Translations under genes and position numbers: made by a program
In this document: piece after piece, positions 17,518 through 27,790 of the stretch
How positions within the stretch are numbered: the stretch's first letter is position 1
Layout: every line of letters starts with the position of its first letter
Assembly: GCA_965206595.1 (NCBI GenBank)
Contig: OZ242214.1
Coordinates: 5,536,001-5,600,000, forward strand
Reading direction: 5' to 3'
Origin: Candidatus Latescibacterota bacterium
Lineage (GTDB): Bacteria; Latescibacterota; UBA2968; UBA8231
DNA length: 64,000 nt
The notes under the pieces: generated by a model
The model's database searches: none
Told to the model about the DNA's origin: nothing
What the model saw: the letters and a program-made list of their open reading frames with translations, nothing else

Positions 17518-20500
17518 ATGCATTTTAGCAGAAAACTGATTCTTCTCACCGCGTTCATGGTGGGCTTGGGCTTCGTCGGAAGCGGCGAGGTGCACGCCGC
17601 GGCGCTGGTCAAGAGCGTGCAGATCACCTCGCCGGACAGCGGCGCCCTGCTCGGAATCGACGGGAAGTTCCAGGTTCGCGTCTCGGTGGAGGACTTCCTG
17701 GAGCAGGACGACCTCAGGGTCTACATCTTCCTGGCCAAGGAACGGCCGATTGACCCCCGGGGCAAACTGTTGACGAAGACGAGTCCCTGATCCGAGAACC
17801 GAGGTGCAGTTGCCCGACAACATCAACGGAGACCTCTCAACTTCGGAAATGATAGCAGGGAATACTTGCGGGGGGACCTCGAGGCATGACTAACTTCCGT
17901 GCCGGGGTTCGGCGTTGAAGGGAGCCAAGAACCGGACGGCTCATCCTTTCCGACAGGGGCAGAACGATGGGGCTGCAGACCGGAGGATTACCCGATGGCG
18001 GTCGACGGCGATTCGCTGGTCCTGGTAAGCACAAGCGGACGACACACGGTGTTCGTCTGGTACGGAAAGGTGCCACACTCATCCGGTACGAGGAGGCCAA
18101 GGTAATCAGGGCCGCGGCTTTCGTCATGACGACCCCGACTGACCCGGGATTCCGTGTTGCCTATTCGAAGGAGACGATCAGCATCGACGCCGACCGTACG
18201 CCAAGCCCCGCACCCGACATCCAATGGAGACCTTCCGTTTATAACCCGATGGGCTCGGACTTTTTGGGATTTGGACGGCCCAGAGATTTCAGTTACATCG
18301 GCCAGGAGATGGACTGGATCGGGACGACAATGGCGATGGCACTAACGGCGACTTTTACACCAGGACAGGAAGTGGATACGAACTGGACATGGATGTTGGG
18401 AGGTTCGGTGCCGTAAACAGGCATGTCGGCACCTCCAGCTTGAATACCGATCACGGGGTTCTGGGCATCGGGGATACCCTCAAGCTCTGAATGTCCTTGG
18501 GAACCTCGGACGCCTACCGGGGCACGGATGACTACAACAAGCTCATTCTCGATATCTTCGGCAAGGAGAGGCTCGTCTACCAGAGGGACGTTTCCAGTCT
18601 CCGCGCAACGGGGATGTCGTGACCTATAACTTCGGTCTCAAGGAAGGAGGATTTCGACGACTTCAGCGAGGGCAAGGAATCACGATTCCGATGGCAGCCA
18701 GGACGACCGGGAAGCCGACGCTATCCCTCACGCGCCAACCCCCGACGGTATTACCGATACCTTGCATTCTTTTTTGTCGACAAGGCCGGCAATCGCAGCA
18801 AGGGCCAGCTAGCGCTGAAAGGAGACGAGCGATCAGGATGAGGCCGGGGGACTCCGGTTGGAGCCGCCGCCATAACGAAGCTGCTTTTCGACGCCAAGAA
18901 GCCGGTGCTCGACTCCGTCAACGGCGACACCATCCTTCCGGTCAGCGTCGATACCATCAGCGACGGCAGCCGCAAGGCCGAGCGCGGCCGTCGCATCGGG
19001 TGCGGACGACAACCCGGATGACCTATAAGTTGAACAGCACTCTCGACTCGCTGGTCGTCAAGTTCGACGGGGCCGAGCAAGACAACCCTTCCGATAGAGC
19101 AGGCCGGTCTCGCGATCAACGGCGATGATCTTCTTGAGGGCACTCAGGGTTCTCCACTGAAAAACACTCCGAGTACACGGTCGATTTCACCCAGTTCGGC
19201 GAGACGGAGCCGCAGTTGGAAGGTGAAGACGCAACGGGCAGTCAGATACTCGTGTGGGTTTCCAAAAAGGGGATAAGCTCGTTAGACCATTTCGAGGTGG
19301 ATTACGGCCAAAAGGAAGAGGTCGGCTGAAGACCGGCATGTACACGATCAAGTTTCACCGGGACCGATGTCGCCGGTAACGTAGGCCCGACGCTGACCCG
19401 CGAGAACGTCTACGTCGACGTCGACGAACATCGATTTCATCCGCTCCTTCCCGTTTGGCGAAGGAGCCGAGGAATCCGGTCTCGACACCATTGAGGCGAA
19501 GACTGCGGTGGTCGTCTTTCGCTGAGTGAGCCTGCCGACTCCGTATCGATCGAAGTACAAGGGGATCGCCTCGGGAGCGGACGCGGATTCAAACGAGGTG
19601 GACAGCAGTCGCGGACCTACCAGCTCGTCGGTGGCCAGCTGACCAACACCACCTCCCAGCAGAAGTTCCCGATCCCCGGGCTCCAGCACGACAACCAGTA
19701 CATCCTGCAGGTCCGCTCGCGATCTGAACGGCAACTGGTTCGAGTCGGGCGGATACCTTCTGGTACAACACCGACCTTCGTAGTTCCGCAGGCCGCCAAG
19801 TTTGCCGTCAAGGTCACGGTGCCGGACTGAATCGGGCAACGGGCGATGCAAAACCGCTCTCGATAAGGATATTGAGACGGGTGAGATCGGTAACTCTGTC
19901 GGCCTTGGCGGTCACCGACGGAAATGACGCCGTCACCTACGACCAGCCTGCAACCCTGACGATCGCCGGCAGTGAAGGTATTGATTTGATCGAAGACAAG
20001 AGCGTCGGTGCCACCGACAACGGAGATGGAACCATTTCGTTGAACGGTGAGGACTGGGTAATCGGTCGCGCGACATCGTTTTTTCCGGATACCGTTACGT
20101 CGGGGAGACCCTCACTATCAGCATTGAAGCGGATGACGATTCCACCCTGGTTGGGGAAGCGGACTCGGTGACGGTTATCATCCCGACGCTTACAACCAGA
20201 TCCTCGTGTAAGCCCCGGACACGGTCACGCAGGGCGAAAACTTCATGGTTGATGTCGTGATCGCCGACAAGTTTGGTAACCAGCGGGTGGAGGACAACCG
20301 CTTCGTGGCCGTAAGCACCAACACGATCGGGGTCCAGGTTCCGCCGGAGAGGCGTTTCACATTTCCAAGGGCGCCGGCAGCTTTCATGGTCAACAGTTCC
20401 GGCTGGTCCGGTGGCGATCTGACTCTTACTGTCCGGGATATCGCTGCCCAATTGAAAAGAGCGACCTGAAAAGGCTGTTGAGACTTTGGTCGCCAACAGG

Positions 20501-22434
20501 CTCGGCACGGAACGGCCACTGTATATGTCAAGGCCTCCGGAGAGCCTGCTCCTCCTGATCCGGACGCCGAGATCGACGCCCCGGATCAGCTGGTTGCCGA
20601 GGATTACCGCGGCGCCAGTGGCGAGGGCGACCAGGGCGGTTTCGTTCTGCTGACCTGGGACGCGTCCGACGATCACGATACCCTCGACAAGTACCGCATC
20701 TACCGCGAGATCGCAGTGACCACTGACGCGGACTCTACCGGTGCTCTGGTTACCTTGGAAGAGCCCGCAGCCGCGGCCGTCCACTGGGGCACGGTCGATG
20801 CCATTCCAGGCGCGGATGTCATGCGCGTCGTCGTGGCCACCCTCGATTCGGATGCCGCGCGTTTCGCGGTGGCAGCCGAACGGGATGGTCAGAGCACCCT
20901 CAAGCAGGCCTTCGGGTTCGGCGAGGGTGTTGCCAATCAATACGAGCTGATGGCTCAGACCATGTCCAGGAGCAAGGAAGCGGCAGCTCCGGTTTCCGAT
21001 GCTCCGGTTTTCGCTACCCTGAGCCCGGAAGCCCTGGCTTTCCAGGCCAAGGGGATCGTTCCGCTGCTGAAGGGCATCGAGAACGACGTGCTCCTGTCTG
21101 CGATGACCTATTCGGAAGTGGTCAAGGCCATCGACAATATTCCGCCGGGTGCGGTTCCTTACCTGAAGGTGCTCGACACTCCGGTCGATGCCGGCGGCAG
21201 CATCACCGTTGCCTGGACCAGGTCTCCTGACGATCGCATCCTGACCACCACGGTCGGAAATGCTGTCGGCAGCAGCCAGGTTTACACGGTCGCCGGCGTC
21301 GAGGGCTACAACGTCTATCGCAAGATCGGCGACGCGGCCTTCGAGCTGATCGGCCAGGCTGGGGCGGGCGAGGATTCCTTCGCTGACGCCACTGTCTTCA
21401 ACGGCGTGCGCTACACCTACCAGGTGAAGCCCTACGACATGGACAACATCACCGAGAGCGAGTTCGAGGGGACGGCGATGGCGATCCGTAACCGGGTTCA
21501 TGACGCCAACGGCAACCCCGTTCTCGGACTATTCGGGAGTGACAATCAGGTCGGTTTTGACGACTTCTTCATCCTCGCGGACCAGTTCGGTATGACCGTT
21601 GAGGACGCGTCTTTCGAGCCGGCTTTCGACCTCAGTCCCAACAACAAGATTGATCTCAACGACTTCTTCACTTTTGCCGATTTCTTCGGCAGGACGGCGG
21701 AAGGCGCTGGGAAGGCGTTGCCGATCTCGATGGCTGGTCTGAACAGCGACGCTCGCTTCTACCTCGACGCCGGCAGCGAGTTGCCGAGGGTCGGAGAGGA
21801 GTTGGCGCTACTGGTCAGCTTGCAGGACTTCGTCGAGCTCCAGGGCTACGGGTTGGGCGTAAGCTACGATCCGCAGGTTCTGACCTACGTGGGTGCAAGG
21901 GTGGAGAACGGCATCCTGGGCGCCGGCGACTTTGCTGAAGGTCAGCTGGTGTCCCGGAAGGACGGGCTCCTGTCGCTCGCCGCTTTTGGCGACGTGGCCA
22001 CCGAAGGCGATCTCGGTCTCAGCCTCGTCTTCCGCTCTCTGAGGGAGATCGAGGACAGCTACATCGACATCGTTGACGCCGAGGTCAGAGACGGCAACTA
22101 CGGCTTGAACACGCTGGCCACTCCGGTTTCGGTACGGATTCAGACACGTCCCGAAGTCTACGCGCTTCGGAACAACTACCCGAATCCGTTCAACCCGGAG
22201 ACCACGCTCAAGTACGACTTGCCGGATGCTGGTGACGTGAAGCTGGAAGTTTACAATATGCTGGGGCAGGTGGTCAGGACTCTGGTCAATGAGCACCAGA
22301 CCGCCGGCCGTTACGCGATCCAGTGGGACGCCACCAACGAACACGGTCAGAACATGTCTTCGGGGATCTACTTCTACCGCGTCCAGGTAGGAGGCGAGTT
22401 CACCGACGTCAAGAAGATGCTGCTGCTCAAGTAG
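17518..22434 (+). CDS. Very large secreted surface (S-layer/scaffold-like) protein with dockerin-like, cohesin-like and C-terminal FlgD-Ig/T9SS-like domains; 5' ~3 kb multiply frameshifted in this sequence
   Basis: GAGGAG RBS, then MHFSRKLILLTAFMVGLGFVGSGEVHA signal peptide. Ig-like fragments switch frame through 17750-20480 (VDKAGN, GTDVAGNVG, ADKFGNQR). The frame is open from 20482 to 22434, with FN3-like segments, DNQVGFDDFF/NNKIDLNDFF, GYGLGVSYDPQVL and NYPNPFNP...KKMLLLK. Confidence 0.75.
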
Positions 22435-22457
22435 TCGGAGGGCAAGGCAGCGAAATT

Positions 22458-22492
22458 GAGACGGGACCCTGCCCTCGCGGGGTCCCGTACTC
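22458..22492 (+). terminator. Strong hairpin after the large surface gene (terminator or mRNA stabiliser)
   Basis: GAG-ACGGGACCCTGC-cctc-GCGGGGTCCCGT-A-CTC; only a weak U tail. Confidence 0.55.
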
Positions 22493-22583
22493 ATATTAGA
22501 CGGAAACTATGAGAGCAGAAGCTGAACGCAGTTCAATCGGGATGGCCAACTTGGGTAACGTATCATTGATCAGGAGAGAGGAA

Positions 22584-24125
22584 ATGCTCAACCGCGTGCG
22601 AAAGGCCGCGCCATTTGCCCTCGCCTTCGTAATCGTTCTGGCTGGTGTAGCTTTCGCAGGTGACAATGAAAATGTCACCTTTTCTACTACCAGTGATACG
22701 GAGGTGGCCGGGATAGGTGCTGGGGGAACGGTTTCCCTCAACGTCACCGGATCGGGTATGGTCGGCGTATCCCAGTATGACATGACAATTACAGTCACCC
22801 CCGCCGACGCCTTCGACATGGCGGCAACGGCGTTCACCCCTGCACCCGACTTTATCGCTCCGGGAACGGAGGTGGATGAAGGTTGGGTGAAAGTCGGTGC
22901 GGCAAATTTCAGCGGGTCAATCGATGGGGATTCTCCTCTTGGGGATTTCGTTCTGACCGCTTCGGAGTCCTTTGATGTGGCTACGGAAGCGACCATAACC
23001 GTTTCCATGGTGTCCGTCGGCCCTTCTTCCACTGACCGCGATGAGTTCGATGCCGATGCGGTCGGCATTTCAATCACGGTGAACCCCCCGATTACCGAGC
23101 CCAGGTTGTCAGCCGTTGGCGCCACCGACCTCAGTCTTGATTTTTCGGCGATGGTCGGTGAGGGAGGTACTGCTGACGGCAGCTCCGGAGAGGTGACCCT
23201 CGGGGTCAACTTCATGGACGCGACCGGGGCGGCAATGGAGAACCAGGAGGTCACCTGGTCGATAACCAACAACGGCGCCGAGTCTGTTTTTCTGCTTGGG
23301 GACGACCTCCGGGAGATAACGGCTAACACTGCGGACGTGGCGGTGACTTCCACCACCGGTGCCGATGGCTTGGCCTCTATTACCCTGGACTGCGAAGGGG
23401 ACGACGATTCCGGGAGCACCAGTGTCACCCTTTCCGCCAGCACCAGCGCCCTCAATTCCGTAGGGGAGTCGCTCGATCTAAGTGTGGGGTTCAGCATCAC
23501 TTGGGACGTTCCGGTTCCGGCAGAGTTGGCGAGCTTCGCCGCGGAAGTTACCGGTGACCGCGAGGTCTTGCTGAGGTGGGGGGTTGTTTCCCAGACCAGC
23601 AACCTTGGCTGGGAGATATTCCGCAGCACCGATGATTCCGTTTACGAGCGGATCGGCGATTTGGTTCCGGGAGAGGGTACGATCGATGTTTTCACGACCT
23701 ACGATTTCATTGATTCCAACCCACCCCTTTCCGAGGTAGTCTACTACTATCTCAAGCAAATAGACCTCGATGGCTCTTCAACGCGTTCGCAGGTGATTTC
23801 GGTCTTTTTCGGTTCCACCGTTATCGACCTCGATCTGGTCCCGACCGTTACTGCTTTGGGCCAGAATTTCCCCAACCCGTTCAACCCCGAAACGACCATA
23901 AGCTTCGACTTGGCCGCACAAGCCCAGGTCACGCTGACCGTTTACGATGCCACCGGCCAGACCGTTCGGACGCTGGTTAACGGCGAGTATTTTTCAGCTG
24001 GAAACTACCGGCGGGTCTGGAACGGGCTGAACCGGAACGGGGAGGCTGTAGGTTCGGGGGTGTACTTCTACGAGTTGAATGCAGGGGAGTTCACCTCGAT
24101 GAAGAAGATGACCTTGGTCAGATAA
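22584..24125 (+). CDS. Secreted acidic Ig/cohesin-like protein with a C-terminal FlgD-Ig/T9SS-like domain
   Basis: RBS AGGAGAGAGG before ATG 22584; signal peptide ending VAFA; PAELASFAA...YYYLKQIDLDG; QNFPNPFNP...KKMTLVR. Confidence 0.85.
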   Translation: MLNRVRKAAPFALAFVIVLAGVAFAGDNENVTFSTTSDTEVAGIGAGGTVSLNVTGSGMVGVSQYDMTITVTPADAFDMAATAFTPAPDFIAPGTEVDEGWVKVGAANFSGSIDGDSPLGDFVLTASESFDVATEATITVSMVSVGPSSTDRDEFDADAVGISITVNPPITEPRLSAVGATDLSLDFSAMVGEGGTADGSSGEVTLGVNFMDATGAAMENQEVTWSITNNGAESVFLLGDDLREITANTADVAVTSTTGADGLASITLDCEGDDDSGSTSVTLSASTSALNSVGESLDLSVGFSITWDVPVPAELASFAAEVTGDREVLLRWGVVSQTSNLGWEIFRSTDDSVYERIGDLVPGEGTIDVFTTYDFIDSNPPLSEVVYYYLKQIDLDGSSTRSQVISVFFGSTVIDLDLVPTVTALGQNFPNPFNPETTISFDLAAQAQVTLTVYDATGQTVRTLVNGEYFSAGNYRRVWNGLNRNGEAVGSGVYFYELNAGEFTSMKKMTLVR

Positions 24126-24175
24126 TTTCAGAATCGCGGCGAACCGCCGGCTCGATCGGTGGTCTGCCAGGGAGT

Positions 24176-24216
24176 AGGCCGCCGGGTGTGTTTTCCCTCG
24201 GCGGCCTTTTTCTTTT
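24176..24216 (+). terminator. Rho-independent terminator
   Basis: AGGCCGCCGGG...CTCGGCGGCCT followed by a T-rich tract. Confidence 0.75.
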
Positions 24217-24251
24217 CCCCGCCTTGCCGGTTTAGCCGGCGTGACCCTCCT

Positions 24252-24500
24252 ATGCGAATAAAGCTTCTGCTGTTTGCCGGTTGCCGGGAGGCGGTCGGTA
24301 CAAAGGAACTGGAGATCGAGTTGCCGGAGGCAGCCTCGACGGTAGAGAAAGCCTTGGAGGAAATTCTCGACAGGTTCCCGCAATTGCGGGGAATCGCGAA
24401 ATCGGTTGCCATTGCCAGGAATGCCGAGTACGTGGCCGGGGACACTCCGGTTGCGGACGGGGATGAGCTGGCGATCATCCCGCCGGTGAGCGGAGGATGA
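24252..24500 (+). CDS. moaD: Molybdopterin synthase sulfur carrier subunit
   Basis: MRIKLLLFAGCRE...GDELAIIPPVSGG with the C-terminal Gly-Gly. Confidence 0.92.
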   Translation: MRIKLLLFAGCREAVGTKELEIELPEAASTVEKALEEILDRFPQLRGIAKSVAIARNAEYVAGDTPVADGDELAIIPPVSGG

Positions 24501-24519
24501 AGGGACAGGCAGGTATTCG

Positions 24520-24981
24520 ATGCTCTTCAGGATAACTGACGGCCCCATTGCTCCGGATGCCCTGCACGACGAGGTCCGGGCGAACGGGGACGGAGCCGTG
24601 GTGACTTTCGCCGGTGTGGTTCGAGATCACGGCAACGGCAAGCGCACCGATCACCTGGTTTATGAGGCATATGGGCCAATGGCCGAGCAGGAAATGGCGA
24701 AAATCGGTGAGGAGGCGGCTTCGAGCTGGAATATCGACGACATCGCCATTATGCATCGAGTCGGGCGTCTCGAGATAGGAGAGATCAGCGTTTTGGTAGC
24801 GGTGTCCAGCCCCCATCGCGCCGAGGGTTTTTCCGCATGTCAGTTCGCCATCGACCGCCTGAAGCAGACCGTGCCTGTCTGGAAGAAGGAGATGTCCGAG
24901 GACGGCGAGTACTGGGTGGAGGGGCCGGGAATGCACAAGCCGAACGCTGCGGCGGCAAGGTGTTCAACTTCAGCTGGGTAG
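24520..24981 (+). CDS. moaE: Molybdopterin synthase catalytic subunit
   Basis: GAVVTFAGVVR, YEAYGPMA, HRVGRL, SSPHR and PVWKKE. Confidence 0.93.
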   Translation: MLFRITDGPIAPDALHDEVRANGDGAVVTFAGVVRDHGNGKRTDHLVYEAYGPMAEQEMAKIGEEAASSWNIDDIAIMHRVGRLEIGEISVLVAVSSPHRAEGFSACQFAIDRLKQTVPVWKKEMSEDGEYWVEGPGMHKPNAAAARCSTSAG

Positions 24982-25445
24982 TTCCGGGAAAGCTGGCGGC
25001 CAGCGGCATGTTGGGCGGCCCCTATGAGAGCTTCTTCAACGGGTCCCAAACTTTGTCGGAAGACCTGGAATTTGCCGCCCTGCAGGAGATCGGGGCGCTC
25101 GTTTCCCTGACCGAATCCGCTTTGGATAGGGGAAAAATCAGTGCCTTCGGGTTCGAATATCTCCACCTGCCGGTGGAGGACATGAAGGCCCCCCCGGTCG
25201 AGGATTGCCGCCGTTTCGTCGAGTTCGTCGCCGACAGGATCGATCGGGGCGTTGCCGTCCTCGTCCACTGCATCGCCGGCAGGGGGCGCACCGGAACCAT
25301 GCTGGCCTGCTTCTTCGTTCAACAGGGTCGCGGTCCGCTGGAGGCGTTGGAGCTGGTCCGCAAGCTCCGCCCCGGTTCGGTGGAAACAGAGGCCCAGGAG
25401 GCCGCCGTCCTGGAGTTCGCCGCATGGTACAAGGGTCGCGGCTGA
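24960..25445 (+). CDS. Dual-specificity/protein-tyrosine phosphatase (DUSP23/Cdc14-like)
   Basis: NFSWVVPGKLA, HLPVED, catalytic HCIAGRGRT (CX5R) and RKLRPGSVETEAQ. Start is uncertain (GTG 24960 assumed). Confidence 0.85.
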   Translation: MFNFSWVVPGKLAASGMLGGPYESFFNGSQTLSEDLEFAALQEIGALVSLTESALDRGKISAFGFEYLHLPVEDMKAPPVEDCRRFVEFVADRIDRGVAVLVHCIAGRGRTGTMLACFFVQQGRGPLEALELVRKLRPGSVETEAQEAAVLEFAAWYKGRG

Positions 25446-25535
25446 GAACAGTATCCCCTCGCGCCGGACGCGCGAGGTCACCAACCTTGCTATAGGTAAT
25501 CAACCTCAACAGGATATTGGGAGGGGAGGTTCCGG

Positions 25536-25727
25536 ATGGAAACCAGTTTTCCGGCATGCCATAGGTGCGACAAAGGTGTCCTGGTTCCGCTTTCCGACTA
25601 CGGAAGGGACGGGGCGTCGATTCATTACAAGGCCTGGGTCTGCACCAACCCCGAGTGCGGATTCCACATCCGCATCGACAATGGCGAGCTGAGCGTCGGC
25701 AAGGAATTGAAAGAGGCCTACAAGTAG
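25536..25727 (+). CDS. Small Cys4 zinc-ribbon protein (63 aa)
   Basis: Strong RBS GGGAGG; CHRC...CTNPEC. Confidence 0.75.
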   Translation: METSFPACHRCDKGVLVPLSDYGRDGASIHYKAWVCTNPECGFHIRIDNGELSVGKELKEAYK

Positions 25728-25807
25728 GGGCGGTTTCTTTTCACTGGAGGCAGCCCTTTCTTCACCTCCGGGCACGGGGGTCCGGAGTGCAGCAACGGCA
25801 ACAGGCA

Positions 25808-26749
25808 TTGGACAGACAGAAATCCGGCGAACTCGGAGTGAGGTTCGGAGCAGTTCTCCTGGCATGCCTGGTCTGGTTGTACGCCGCCACGGAGCTGACC
25901 TACCGCACCGAACTCGACATCCGGTTGCAGGTTGCCGATCCGCCCCCGGCCAGGGACGGGACCCCGATCGTCGTCGCCAACCCCGTTCCTGAGTGGGTGT
26001 CCGTAGTGGTATCGGGACGCGGAAAGGACATCCTGCTGCTGGAAGAGGATGCCTTCCTGCTCCGCGTCAAGCCGCCGGTGGGTCGCCCGGGTGTGAGGCG
26101 CAAGTTCCGACTGATGCCGGAGCAGGTGGTCAGCAAGACCGAGCTGCCGGTCCGCGTCGAGGAGATCGTGGCGCCGAAAGAGGTCGAGGTGGTATTGGAC
26201 AAGCTGGTGGAGGCGAACTTGCCGGTACGGGCGCAGACCGACGTCCAGGTCGCCGAATCCTACATCCAGGTCGGACCGGTGGAAGTGATCCCCGGGACGA
26301 TTCTGGTTTCGGGGCCCGCCTCCCAGGTCCGCGCGCTCTACGTGCTTCACACCGATTCCCTGGCTCAATCCGGGGTCAGGCGGGATATCGCCGCCAGGCT
26401 TCCGCTACTGCTGCCCGAGGGCACCCGCCTCGAGATGAGTTCCGACCATGTGACCGTTCGGGTCGACGTCCAGGAGCTGGCCGAGTACGACATCGCCAAC
26501 GTCCCGGTGAGAATACCCGGGGCCGGGGTTTCCTCCCTGGCTGCCAGGCCGTCGCGCGTCACCGTCCGCGTGCGGGGAGGCGCCGACGTCATCGGCCGGC
26601 TGGATCCGGAATCGGAAATCGATCTCTTCGCCGACATCCAGGGCGGGTCCGGGGTGGCGGGAGCGGAGGTCCGGATCGCCCCGGGGCCGGCCCGGAATTT
26701 CGAGATCAGGGAGATCACCCCGGAGTTCGTGACCCTCGTCAGGCGCTGA
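25808..26749 (+). CDS. YbbR/CdaR-domain membrane-anchored protein
   Basis: N-terminal AVLLACLVWLYA anchor and three P..V.V.V.G YbbR-like repeats. Start is uncertain (TTG 25808 or GTG 25838). Confidence 0.75.
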   Translation: MDRQKSGELGVRFGAVLLACLVWLYAATELTYRTELDIRLQVADPPPARDGTPIVVANPVPEWVSVVVSGRGKDILLLEEDAFLLRVKPPVGRPGVRRKFRLMPEQVVSKTELPVRVEEIVAPKEVEVVLDKLVEANLPVRAQTDVQVAESYIQVGPVEVIPGTILVSGPASQVRALYVLHTDSLAQSGVRRDIAARLPLLLPEGTRLEMSSDHVTVRVDVQELAEYDIANVPVRIPGAGVSSLAARPSRVTVRVRGGADVIGRLDPESEIDLFADIQGGSGVAGAEVRIAPGPARNFEIREITPEFVTLVRR

Positions 26750-26755
26750 CCGACC

Positions 26756-27786
<1,031 letters not shown>

Positions 27787-27790
<4 letters not shown>

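Noticed and set aside
24126-24251. Moco riboswitch upstream of moaD
   Set aside because: Only a terminator hairpin of the preceding gene can be supported. No Moco RNA motif was recognised by eye; an Rfam scan would settle it.
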